In this document: positions 1 through 10,660 of the stretch, piece by piece
Layout: each line of letters starts with the position of its first letter
Position numbering within the stretch: position 1 is the stretch's first letter
Assembly: GCA_965649825.1 (NCBI GenBank)
Contig: OZ287697.1
Span: 1,226,351-1,290,350, forward strand
Source of the DNA: Penicillus capitatus
Lineage: Eukaryota; Plantae; Chlorophyta
Direction of reading: 5' to 3'
Length of the DNA stretch: 64,000 bases
Made by a program: the position numbers and the translations under genes
The notes under the pieces: model-generated
Told to the model about the DNA's origin: nothing
The model's input: the letters and a program-made list of their open reading frames with translations, nothing else
Databases searched by the model: none

Positions 1-2069
1 GGTCTCCGTGATTTCTGCTCTGCTATGGTTTCCAGCACTGAGGAAAGCTCCATTGCCGTGGCCTGTGTTGTTTGTCACAAGGGATTGTTTCACAAAGAGA
101 TATGACGTTCTCGTAAAAATGCAGTTTCCGGACACCTCTGCTGCGTTTGATGCGAACGTCGCATTGATAAAGGACAACGAGCTGTTCTGCCAAGCACTAA
201 CCGCGCCTCCGTTGCGACTGGACGAACTGGATCTGAAGGTGAGGTTATGAGACGCAAGCTGGCTTCCGTCGTCTGAATCGATGCAACCTCCGTATTCGGC
301 GAAGCCCTTGGTGAACACAGAGTTGCTGACATTCGCAAATGTTCTCCGCATCTGAATGAATCCTCCATGGGATGCATTTCCATTCTGAAAATGACATGAT
401 TCGCATGAGAGCTCTGACTCTATAAGGCGAAGGCTTCCCCCTGAGACGGCAGCCTGGTTACCAGTCAAGTTTGCATCGCTCAGTGATATCGATGACCAGT
501 CAGCAAAGCCCACACCGCCGTGTTTGCTTGCATTGTTCTCAGTGAAGCGGCATCTTTCGATGAAGATTGTGCTGTTCCTTTCTGCGTATAGGACACCGCC
601 CTTCTCGGCTCTGTTGCTTCGGAAGTCTGAGTCGACAAAAGAGACGTTGGAGGACTGCATGGAAACGGACCCTCCCCAGTATCCTTCGTTTCCTTCGAAC
701 TGGGAGTCTTGGATCGTAGCGGTCGATCCGATGAGATGGATGCAAGCACCGAAGGACTCGTCTTCGTCAAACGCCTCCACTGAGTTATGGGAGCAGGTCG
801 AGTTGGATAGGAAGAGTGATCCTTTTATGATACGCATTGCAGGGACGTCGTTGCGAACAGCCTTGATGCTGTTCGCCACTGTCCTCGATCCAGCCGGAGC
901 ATCCAGCACGGATGGCTGACGGTCATGGTTTTCAGTCAGGCGATTCCGACTAGCCGTGAAGTCTTCGATTCTGTTGTCCGACGACAGGATCGCGCCGCAG
1001 CCTCTGCTCGAGCACTGATTGTCCGAGAACTCGACGTTTCGCATGTCGAGCGCGAGACACGATGTCGAGTGGACCCAGACTCCTGCAGAATCGGCGATCC
1101 GGTTCTCTCTGAAGAATACGCGGTGCAGTAGCAGAGTACGGTCTGCCGGCGCTGTATCACACCCCTCTACTTCGATTACCGCTTTCTTCTCTTCCGATTC
1201 GCCGAAGGAGCATTCCATGAACTCGAGATTGGCTAGAGTCGAACCTCCGGTTCTGCAAGGCGCAAACCGTTAAGGGTTCTCTCAGCAAGGACAGGGCCTA
1301 CTGGACGAGGAAGACGCCTTCGTTGTCGCGGGGACACGTGAACGTCGCTCTCTTGACTGCCTTCGGGAACACGCCCTCCTCGAGCTCGACGTGCTCCACC
1401 AATGCACTCAGGGTTAGCGGCCAAGGGAGGACAACGCGAGCGGAGGGTCGGATTCTCCTCGTCGAATCGAACAGCAGAGTGTCTCCTTCCTTCGTACAGT
1501 CGACGAGCGACTGCAGGTCACTGTCGATTTCGTCAAGCACCTCATCGTTCACTAACCACGTTCTCGAGCTCTCGTCCAAGTAACGACGGATATCGACGCG
1601 TCGCAGTGTACACTCGCGCTCTGGACGCAGAACGCACTTCTCCGTAAATGGTCCATGGAAGGAGTCGAGAGAATCCATACCTAATTCTCCAGTTGAGTCA
1701 AATTCTTCAGCCTGAAGCAAGGTACGTTTCTCGCTGTGGCCCTAGACGCAGAGGGAATAGGTCTTTCGCATGGAAGTGGTTACGACGCACCGGTTTTGTC
1801 CCAGTCGGATTCTGCACGTTGTTCCTTTCAGGATTACTTGACAGCGAACGCGGATGGCTAACTGTCGAAGCAGTTGTCCCTGTCGCTAAACCGCGTGTCA
1901 GAGAAATAGGTCTCCCTTGAAGTCCAAACGGACGGCACTCACGTTCGAGCGAGGAGGCAGGTGAATGGGGTGCGTTTTGGAATCGCCATGCGTCTTGAAC
2001 GGTCAAGACAGAGGAGACGCTGCACGAAGCGCAGCATAACAGCAGAAGAGCAAAGTAGCGCTGCGGCAT
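1..2069 (-). CDS. Pmp-like beta-helix surface receptor family member, 5' part (gene continues off the left edge)
   Basis: ATG at 2069 opens MPQRYFALLLLCCASCSVSS (signal-peptide-like). Segment 1620-1302 is homologous to exon 2 of the paralogs (RRIRPSARVVLPWPLTL...FTCPRDNEGVFLVQ). Intron 1301-1253 (GTAGGC...TTGCAG). Manual translation gives an uninterrupted frame from 1252 to 1 with repeats such as FEGNEGYWGGSV, FRSNRAEKGGVL, FTENNASKHGGV; the ORF track misses it because it has no stop inside the window. Splice sites between 1790 and 1621 are uncertain. Confidence 0.88.
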
Positions 2070-2307
2070 TCGGTCAGATGCGGCAACACCAAAGATTCCT
2101 TTGCGGTACGAGTGACCGGAAATGTCCTCCAATGAAATCAGAGGTTTTCAGGTTGCTTTAAGTGCAATCGCAGATGCAACCGGAGGGGAAACCGTACAAG
2201 TAACTGTCGACGGATCGAATCCTAGGCAACAACCAGCCGTCCGTCGAGTGGGACTAAGCTAACCATTTACCAAACCGCACCTCCGCCGTTCAGATATTCT
2301 TCCTACA

Positions 2308-2338
2308 GTGCAACAGTCGGTGCAACAGTCGGTGCAAC
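2308..2338. repeat. 12-bp tandem repeat (GTGCAACAGTCG) x2.6
   Basis: Read directly; lies about 240 bp upstream of the minus-strand gene ATG. Confidence 0.85.
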
Positions 2339-2679
2339 CATGCTGTCTAGAGTTCTAGCTCGATGTCGCTGAGGTATCCGCTTCTTTCACAACAGGCTCA
2401 CCGAATCGTTGGTCTGCTTTGGCAGTCGGACGCCGACAACGGTGTAAACAGAGTGTTCGGAATGTCGATTCTTTCCTAGATTCGTGCAGAACCACAAAGC
2501 CTTCGCGTCTGGCACTGTTATCATTACTTCTGACCTGTTCTGACGGTTGGATGGTGATGTCCATCAACATATCCTGCAGTAAACAACTAAGACAGAGAGC
2601 ATGAAAGCGCTTAGGCTGTGTCGCCACGAACTGCCAGTCTCTGGGATTTGCTACCACACTTTCGAAAACAATCGCCATA

Positions 2680-3375
2680 GCTATGAAGCATGAGCATCTG
2701 CTAGCGCGCCCAAGGAAGAGTCACGCGTCTCCATGGTCTTTATCGTTGAAGTAGATATTTCGAGCTGAGTTGCCATTCGGAGAGACACGAAAAAAACTGT
2801 CCCACTTTCTGTTCAAGGAATGTTACATCCCTCAAAGACATCGCACGGAAGATGACAACAGCGTAGTTTGCGGCGGCGAAACTTCTCGATTCGACAATCA
2901 GAAAATCCAGACAACGAAGGCATGTCCATACACCAAGTCGTGCCTTGTCGGGTATGAAATCTTCCCGGCGGGGAACTGAGCATTCTTCTGATCGCAGAAC
3001 ACCGATCGACGCTTCAATGTCCGCTTAAGCTTTTGCGCTGTTGAGTGCATTTCTGCGGTTTTTTGATTTCGATGCATCTGACTCGTCGTGGACAACGAGG
3101 ATGGAAAGTTTTGCCTCGTGACATCTCTTTTCTTCTTATCCATAAAGTGGAACGATCGAACATATCACTGAATTTTTTAACTTCTGATACAGCGGATTTG
3201 CCGGCGAACGGTGAATGCTGAGCGAGCGCATTTGCAAGTTTCCTTCGCGAGTGGCAACCGCGCTGCGTGGACCACTTCAAGAATGCAGGATAAAAATGCA
3301 CCCTCTTGCTGATGAAGGGCCGACGCAGCGAACAGCTTGCGTTTTTACTCCTCGCCGATCTCATGATGTGACTGA
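2680..3375 (-). pseudogene. Highly decayed N-terminal relic of the receptor family
   Basis: DNA similarity to 34570-34975 (AGCTATGAAGCATG...GGAAGAGTC.CGCGTCTCCATGGTC; GATCTCATGATGTGACTGA). That segment translates on the minus strand to exon-3-like RGCSF...CISLRLAD. Confidence 0.5.
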
Positions 3376-3394
3376 TTCGTTGAGAATGGAATTG

Positions 3395-3562
3395 ATCTCC
3401 ATCGTATTCTGGTTCACTGTCATGCCGTCCAGTCCTCGGGACTGGACATACCTCGCGAAGAGAGCGTTCCACAGCATCGTCACCTCATCTCCATCGTATT
3501 CTGGTTCACTGTTATGCCGTCCAGTCCTCGGGACTGGACATACCTCGCGAAGAGAGCGTTCC
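3395..3562 (+). repeat. Direct duplication of 76 bp (3395-3470 and 3487-3562; period 92)
   Basis: ATCTCCATCGTATTCTGGTTCACTGT...AGAGAGCGTTCC occurs twice with one substitution. Confidence 0.92.
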
Positions 3563-4383
3563 TCAGCGTCGTCGTCGTCCTTCATCTGGGCTACATCTCA
3601 CTGACAAGCACCTTCATCAGCATCCTCAACTGCATCGAAGTCGATGAACTGACGGAAATCATGGAAACGGTCACAACACAATACTGGACTGCAGACACCA
3701 GCATTCGATGCCATGAGGGATCACACGCGATGCTGGAACGCGCCGTAGGATGGCCCGGTCTGATCTTGCTCTCTCTGGGATTTCCCCTCATCACCGCATG
3801 CGTCGTCTCTCTGGGCAAATGGACGCACAGAAGCGAGGGATGGATACAAGACCTCTTTGGATTCATGTATCAGTCTTACAAGGACAGTCTCTGATACTGG
3901 GAGTGTGTCGTCATTGGACGGAAGGCTGTCATTGCTGGTGTTGTCGTTCTTGCCTATCCACTGGGAGCCAGTCTCCAAGTCATGTTCGCCGCCTTCGTCT
4001 TCACTGTCGCCCTCTACCTGCAAACAGCCTGTCGAGCATTCAGAGAGGATCTTGATCAGCTCAACAATTTGGAAAGTTACTCCCTTCTGGTATCGCTCCT
4101 GAGGTATATATCCAGGCTCTGCTTCGCTACGAATCGTCTCTCGTTGAGCTTGTCTGTCCATAGGCTTGGTAACATTGCAACTCAATCTTTTGTTCTTTTT
4201 CTCCCCTTTGGCACTTTTGTTGAGATCCATAACAGACCATCTGAGAGATGTTCTCAGAAATCGGAATGTCCTATTTGATGTCGACGCAAGTGGACTGAGT
4301 GTAATGACAATCCATCTAGTGGGTCATCTGCCTGGATCTCTGCGAGATGTGATTCGCATATGGATCAGTCAGTCGTCTTGCTG
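3395..4383 (+). pseudogene. 5'-truncated membrane-domain fragment of a B-type receptor
   Basis: High similarity to 17260-18150 (SSPRDWTYLAKRAFLSVVVVLHLG...). In-frame TGA at 3892-3894 where paralogs have TGC; frameshifts after about 4100; starts with a 76-bp internal duplication. Confidence 0.9.
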
Positions 4384-5110
4384 AGTTTTGTTTGTCACAA
4401 ACAAGGTTGATGACTGCGAGACGCCTTAAGATCTGCGGTGCATTGGTCCCTGAAACATATCTGAATCCCTTTCATCAGATCAGACTATTTCCTAGGATCA
4501 CACATACAGTTCATGCCAATAATTGCCATCATCGTTTCTTTCCATGATGTGACAGATGATGGAGTGTATTGTATCCTTGGATGTAATGATCCATCGATTC
4601 TTAGCAGGCTGTCAAATGCGAGACAGCGAGTGATACAGATCGTTGGCAAGAATTCCATGTCGGAAGGCACCAATAGAAAATCAACTCTCAAGTATGATGC
4701 TACACGCACTGAGTGATTTAGTATCGTCTCCTGTCATGGAAGAAGATTCCAGATGTGCTCGGAGTGTTGTTGCCGCTCAACTTTATGAAGTGCGACGAAG
4801 AAAGTGCATACTTACTCCTCACCACGGTCGTCTGACAGCACCTCCCGTAAGCGAGAGTCGACAGGATGAGCAGACCGCGAAACAGTGGTGCCTCATCCGT
4901 AATGCAATCGCGTAAACTGCAGTTGTCCGTCGCGGACACGGCAATCGCTACGCTTTCCGCATTCAGGGTGAGAGCGGGAGACGATGGGACACGTGCATGG
5001 ATCCTGTTTCCGACGAAGGGTCATAGTGGCAGCTGGCCGACAGCTCCGGATCAGACGACGGACACCTCATTTCCATGCGAAATTCATACTACACTTGTCC
5101 TCTTTCTGAC

Positions 5111-5117
5111 TATTAAA
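5111..5117 (+). promoter_or_regulatory. TATA-like box (TATTAAA) of receptor gene A
   Basis: 52 nt upstream of ATG 5163, in the same TA(T)AAAGCC context as the TATAAAAGCC boxes of the paralogs. Confidence 0.55.
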
Positions 5118-5162
5118 GCCTCACGGTTTTGTTGAAATTGTCTTCAAGCCACCTGACGAAAA

Positions 5163-6425
5163 ATGCGACACCCTTTCTTTGGATTGCTGTTGACATGCAC
5201 AGTGTTCAGTGCAAGCGCGAACAAGTTTACCTGCCAGAGGGTTTATTATCGCGGGGGCTTGACTACAACGACGGCCGAAGATGCTCCGACCGCGTCGTTT
5301 TTGGGCAAAAACCCGAACTCGAATCCGTCGACGCTCTCGGAAGGAATATCTCTTGCGCCAGGCGCGACGGAGATTCCGTCGTCCCCGACGAGACACGAGG
5401 ACGACGCAGCGGATTCGGCACTTCCGTTCCGGACAGGCGAGACTGATGAGAAAGAACGCCCATCCGTGGCTAGGCGAGGCAGGGGTAAGGGCCGCTCTCT
5501 GCGACAAGATGACGGCCTCGACGACGAGACCCCTGAAAGTGAGATTCCTGTTCTCCTCGAGAACATTATCTTGACGCCAGTGCGTCCTGTCTTCGCAGGC
5601 CGTCCTTGTTCTCTCAGTGACCAAACCATCGGAGAACATCTAAACGAAACGACGAGAACGTGGCGTATCAACCGTTCGCTTCTCGGTCACGTCGAAGATG
5701 ACATTCAAGTCATAATCAACTGTACGAAGCCAGGCGACGTCCTCTCCTTCAGCTCGAAGCGCAGAATCCGACCGTCTTCGCGCATCGTCATACCATGGCC
5801 GTTGACGTTGACTGCCCCAGTGAGCAGTTTTGAGCTCGAGGAAGGCGTGTTCCCTCGTTCCGAAGCAAAGACGACCCTCACCTGTCCGAACAGAAGAGAG
5901 GGCGTCTTCTTTGTGAAGTGAGATTCGAGTTCTATCATCTGCTGTCGTCTGATATTGCCCTTGTGTTCAGGTCGACGGGTGTCTTTTTCGCCAATCTGAT
6001 GTTCGAGGGCTGCTCCTTCAAATCTGGGAGTTCTGCATCCATCGTGGAGGTTAAAAACTGTTCAACCAGACGCATCAGAGACACCATTCAGTTCCACCAT
6101 GTCGGCTTCAGGAAGAACACCTTGATCAAAGGCACGGGACTCGCAATGCAGTCTCCATCTTGCTTTGAGCTGGAGCTGATCGACTTCGTCTTCGAGAATA
6201 ACACCTGCGACGGCCGTTGTGGCGTGATTCTGTCCAGACGGAATCGATTAAGAGACATCGTTATCCGGAACAACAAGCCGTCAGGCACTGGGACCACAGA
6301 GACGACGGCGTTCTATGTGTCTTCTGGATCAGAGACGTCAGTGGATGGCATTAACAGCACACGAAACAGATGCCCAAGCATCAATGTCGAAGGAGGATCT
6401 TTGAACATGTCGAAGGCTGTCTTCT
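5163..6425 (+). pseudogene. Receptor gene A, 5' part truncated by LTR retrotransposon (exons 5163-5538, 5599-5917, 5971-6425)
   Basis: Signal peptide MRHPFFGLLLTCTVFSASA and RSLRQDD motif. Introns 5539-5598 (GTGAGA...CGCAG) and 5918-5970 (GTGAGA...TTCAG) lie at positions conserved with paralogs. The frame ends at the LTR start TG (6426). Confidence 0.9.
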
Positions 6426-6582
6426 TGTGAAGCCTATTAGTCATGACGTATGTCACGTCACCTCGAATCTCATGTATTAGTCGTCCCTCCTGATCCGGAG
6501 GGTATATTAATGAAATGGAACAGACAGAAAGGACTCTCTTTAAAAGACAAGTTTGCCTTACACCGCCAAGCGTACCATGACA
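6426..6582 (+). repeat. 5' LTR of outer element
   Basis: TGTGAAGCC...GTACCATGACA, repeated at 16034-16190; contains TATATTAA at about 6503 and the inverted repeat TGACGT-atgtc-ACGTCA at 6444-6460. Confidence 0.97.
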
Positions 6583-6584
6583 TC

Positions 6585-6596
6585 TGGTTTCGGAGC
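6585..6596 (+). other. Primer-binding site TGGTTTCGGAGC (outer element)
   Basis: 2 nt after the 5' LTR, starts with TGG (complement of tRNA CCA); the identical 12-mer occupies the same position in the inner element. Confidence 0.85.
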
Positions 6597-6627
6597 AGAG
6601 AAGGCGGACCCAACTGTCATCGCCGTG

Positions 6628-8169
6628 ATGATGGCAATACTCTTGTTTTGTTACGGCGCTGGCGTCGTGGACGCCGCCGATGACGAGGGTACCTCAAACG
6701 AGGACCTGGAGATGACCGCCGGACAGAACGTGGCAGACATCATGCGGACAATAAGGTTGTTGAGAAGGGAAAATGCGGAATTGCGACAGGACAAAGACAA
6801 ATGGCTGGGCGAGGTGGTTAAACTGCGCAAACGGCTGTCATTGCGATGCCCGTGTCCTGAAGAGACGGCCGAATCCTCTACGGGAGGCCGTTGGAAAGCG
6901 TGGAAGGCGTGGTTTTCCTCTGGCAGCCGCGCACGTCCAAACGACGGGCAAAACGACGGTCAATCTGCCCAAGCGCCTGATTCGGGTTTCCGATGGATGT
7001 GGCGGTCAACCTTCCATCGGGTCCGACGATCAGTCACCGACTTCCTAGCGGCGACGGCGACAGTCACGGGGACATCGCTTCGTATCGTTGCAACGATCTT
7101 CTGGCTCTGCGTGTCCTTCATCGGCACGAACGTGCTCTGCCTAATGTGGTTGAAGGCAGCGAAGATTTGGACGGGCTGCAAGGCCGCCGTGAACTGGTAC
7201 TTCCATCTGCCACTATGGGTGGTCCTGCGTCAGGCCGCGGGTCAGCTGGCAAAGCTCCTCGGACGCCTGCAGTGGGAAAGCGAATCCGAGAAAGGTGATG
7301 GAAACTTGAAGCAGGAGATGAAGAATCTGAAAAAGGCGCTAAGCGATCTGCAACAGGCCTCGCGAAGCCGAAAGCAGTCGTCTACCGACACGGTTTCAGG
7401 GCATAACAGAGATGGGAGCAAGTCTCCGCGAGCGTCATTCCCGCCAAAGAGGAGCCACGACACGCCGCGGAAGAAGATGTGCAAGCGCTGTCACGGGGAG
7501 GATCATCCTATCTGGGCATGTCCTGCCAGACCCGAGAAACCCAATGCGCCGTGTCCCGTCTGCCGACGAGGTATGCATTGGAAGGATCAGTGCCCAAACA
7601 GGCCTCGCGACATGGCTTACGCGGCATCCACCTGCACAGGGTCCGAACCCGACGAGGAATTCAGCTTTCGAAGCGGAAGATCCTCTCCCAGAGGCACTGG
7701 CCCGAAGGAGGACGAAGGGTGCTCCTATCATGCAGCGCCATCTACCTGCAAGGAAATGAAAAAGGGAGCCAAGAAGCCTCTACTGCACGTGCAAGGACGG
7801 ATCTCCGGCGAAGATCGGCTTCGAGATTTCCTCGTCGATTCCGGATCATCCGCAAACTTGATATCGAGAAGAGTTTGCGAAGAGACGGGACAATCGGCAG
7901 TCCCCTGTGAAGTCTCTGAAGTATTCGGGTTGTCGGGCGAGGGTCTCCAGGTTCTCGGTCAGGCCACACTGCCCACGCGTGTGGGAGAATCGGAGCAGAT
8001 GGTGTCTTACCTTGTGGTCCCTCAGTTGAGAAAGACGATCCTCGGAACCCCAGCGCTGAGTCAGTTCGAGTTCTCAATCAACTGCCATGAGGAGTATCTC
8101 GAGAGGCCGACAGGAGAACGTATTTTCTGTCATGCGACGACAACCTCTCCTGTGCAAAAAAACGAGTGA
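6628..8169 (+). CDS. gag: Gag-protease ORF of outer element
   Basis: Two CX2CX4HX4C knuckles (CKRCHGEDHPIWAC 7480-7521, CPVCRRGMHWKDQC 7552-7593); aspartic protease FLVDSGSS (Asp at 7837); hydrophobic N-terminus. Start codon uncertain (ATG 6577, 6628 or 6631). Confidence 0.9.
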   Translation: MMAILLFCYGAGVVDAADDEGTSNEDLEMTAGQNVADIMRTIRLLRRENAELRQDKDKWLGEVVKLRKRLSLRCPCPEETAESSTGGRWKAWKAWFSSGSRARPNDGQNDGQSAQAPDSGFRWMWRSTFHRVRRSVTDFLAATATVTGTSLRIVATIFWLCVSFIGTNVLCLMWLKAAKIWTGCKAAVNWYFHLPLWVVLRQAAGQLAKLLGRLQWESESEKGDGNLKQEMKNLKKALSDLQQASRSRKQSSTDTVSGHNRDGSKSPRASFPPKRSHDTPRKKMCKRCHGEDHPIWACPARPEKPNAPCPVCRRGMHWKDQCPNRPRDMAYAASTCTGSEPDEEFSFRSGRSSPRGTGPKEDEGCSYHAAPSTCKEMKKGAKKPLLHVQGRISGEDRLRDFLVDSGSSANLISRRVCEETGQSAVPCEVSEVFGLSGEGLQVLGQATLPTRVGESEQMVSYLVVPQLRKTILGTPALSQFEFSINCHEEYLERPTGERIFCHATTTSPVQKNE

Positions 8170-8208
8170 TCCTGGGTTCCTCTACCCCAGGGCACAAAAA
8201 ACAGAGGA
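8157..8208 (+). promoter_or_regulatory. -1 programmed ribosomal frameshift signal: A-AAA-AAC plus H-type pseudoknot
   Basis: Heptamer 8157-8163 in the gag frame; 7-nt spacer; stem 1 CCTGGG(8171-8176)/CCCAGG(8186-8191); stem 2 TCCTCT(8178-8183)/AGAGGA(8203-8208); pol is in the -1 frame. Confidence 0.9.
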
Positions 8209-10479
8209 GATCTGCTCCCGGCTCGACGGTGGCGATCTCCATCCTCGACGCGGACGGCAAGGCTCGAGTCGCGGTCAAGGACGACCGGGCGTATCTACCA
8301 CTGAGCCGATCTGCAGTGGTCGGTCCTAAAGCGACGAAGCTGTTGGTGTTGCCGGTGAAGATTGGAGGAGACGGTATCCAAGGACTGGTACCCGTACTGC
8401 AAGTGCGAGACTTGCTGACCTCTGTCTGTCTGTCGGGAGAGGGCACGGTCCGCATCCAGCTCTATAACTCGTCAGATGAAGCCAAGATCCTAAGCCCCAG
8501 GCTCCGAGTGGCCGCCGTCATCAGGGCTCCGGACAGTCGATTTGTGATCGACCGGCCAGAGGCGCTAGATCCAGAATCGCTCAGCGCCAAGGTGAATCAC
8601 ACCTCGGTCGCAGATCAAGCTCCTGCAGGAGCCGGTGGCGCTGAATATTGGGAGAACAAATACCTAGTAGTGTTCTCTCGAGGAGAGTTTGGCGTCGGAA
8701 GTCCAATGGTGAAACTGACGATCTGCCACAGAGAAATAGAGTGGCTAAAAGACGCAAAAGAAATTCCCCTCTGCAACAGAGGAAGACAGTACGAAACGGG
8801 TGACGTATCAGAAAAGGAAGCCAGTGCCGTGATCGCGGATCTGCATCAACGAAGAGTCATCAGACCGGTGGAAGCATCTGAAAAGGTCTTCCTCAATCCA
8901 ATCATCTGGGTCAGGAAGACCAATGGCAAGGCGCGCAAAACAGTCGACTTTCGTCTGTTGAATGCTTACTGTCGCACGTGGAAGACACAGATGCCAGGCG
9001 TGTATCCGACCATCTCGAGCATCCCTGATCGATGGGATCGGTTCACGGTGCTGGACTTGGACTCGGGCTTCTTTAACATCCCCGTCTGCGGTGTTCTGCA
9101 GAGCCTGTTTGGCTTCGAACACCGCGGCCGGCGGTGGACCTATCGGAGTCTTCCGATGGGCTGGAGTTGCAGCCCATCCCTGTTTCTGAGCAGGCTCCAG
9201 GCCATCTTCCAAGGGGCGCCTGCCACGATATATCAGGATGACATTCTCGTTGGGGGACAGGGCCAAAAGGAACACGATGACAACTTGGATCGTGTTCTGT
9301 CGATAATGGCCGACCATTGTCTCCGCACAAATCGAGAAAAAATGCAATTCTGCAGACCAGAAGTGACATTCCTGGGTTACGATGTGAAGAAATCTACGTT
9401 TGGGCTCGATAGCTACGTCCGAAAACAATGCTCTCAGCTGCCAGTTTCGACGTCCAAGCGTCAACTCCAGAAGATCATCGGCATTCTTAACGTCTGCCGA
9501 CCATCATGTTACAAGCTGGCGGAATGGCTAGAGCCGCTGCAACGGGAACTCCGACTCCCGAGGAAGGACCGATCTGACCTATCCACCCTTCAAGCCAAGA
9601 CCCGAGAAGTATGGAGAAAAGTGCTTCAGAATAACGTCAGGGTGCATCGGCAGACGACAGACAAACCGATCGACTGCCATCTGTATGTGGACTGGAGCGG
9701 AGTAGGCATCGGCTACGCTCTGTTCTCGGGAACGATCAGCGAAGGCCGGCTGATCAGCCTAAACAGCTGCCGAGAAACAAAAGGGCCAAGCAGCAGTATG
9801 CTTGGCGAGCTGCGCGGCCTATGCTGGGCCTTGGAACAAGTCAAGGTTCAGACTGCAGGAACCCGAGTAATCCTGTGGACAGATTCGCAAAGCGCCTACC
9901 AGTGTGTGATGACAACACCGAAGAAGCGGTCCGTCCTGGACGTGCGCGTTTCCAGGCTTCTGGATTGGTTGTGGTCAAACTTTCCCATCCCTTCCAGACT
10001 TGAGGTACGCCATCTTCCTGGCGCCTCTAACACTATTGCAGATACTTTGAGTCGTTGGCCGCTCCATCAAGAGACATCCCAGACCTTTCTCACAGAACAG
10101 CAAACCGAGCGGATCAGAACCGCGCATGAAGGCCATTGGAATCCTCGCCGCACATGGGAACATCTCAAAAGGGATGGAAGCGTATGGCCATCGGCCCGCG
10201 CGGATGTTGAAGAGCACGTACGAAGATGCGAAGGGTGCCAAAGAGGAGCCAGTCCCCGTCTTAGAGACGAATGGAGAGGCATTGAATGTCCCGTGGCAAA
10301 TCATATGTTATTCCTTGACTACCTCGGACCGATCAAGCTGGGAAAATACCAAAAGCAGAACAAGCACGTCTTAGCAATCGTCGACGGATTCACGAGGTTC
10401 TGCCAGTTGACGATAACGACGCACCCAAACGAAGAGACGGTGATCAAGGCCCTCACGAGGTGGTGGAACGCCACCGTAG
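8166..10479 (+). CDS. pol: Pol of outer element, 5' part (dUTPase-like relic, RT, RNase H, integrase N-terminal half)
   Basis: RT motifs VDFRLLN, LDLDSGFF, LPMGW and YQDD (9231-9242); RNase H LYVDWS...ELRGL...WTDS...ADTLSR; integrase HHCC (AHEGH...CEGC) and LFLDYLGP; interrupted at 10480. Confidence 0.95.
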
Positions 10480-10660
10480 TGTGATACGTGAAATCGAACG
10501 CAAGGGAAGAAAACAGAGTTTGTTACAAAGTCGAATCGTGTTTGTAAAACATCGTATTTATACTGCTCAGCATGACGTTATGATGTCGTCATGCCTCTTG
10601 TAATGATGTGACCGGTGTTTCTTCCCTTCTGCTTCCCGCTTCATCGTCAGGTCCACGACA
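10480..10660 (-). repeat. 3' LTR of inner element
   Basis: Base-for-base identical to 15197-15377; TATAAATA on the minus strand at 10562-10555; hairpin GCATGACG/CGTCATGC at 10570-10594. Confidence 0.98.

Noticed and set aside
1-6. GGTCTC (BsaI site) at the window start suggesting a synthetic or cloning junction
   Set aside because: It lies within an open minus-strand exon (…ITET) and a 6-mer match is expected by chance.
8808-9464. 218-aa antisense ORF within the outer RT
   Set aside because: Shadow ORF opposite a genuine coding region; no independent features.
10523-10527. TGTAA chlorophyte-type polyadenylation signal in the inner LTR as evidence for a green-algal host
   Set aside because: A single 5-mer; not seen in the outer LTR or immediately downstream of the receptor stops, so too weak for taxonomic assignment.
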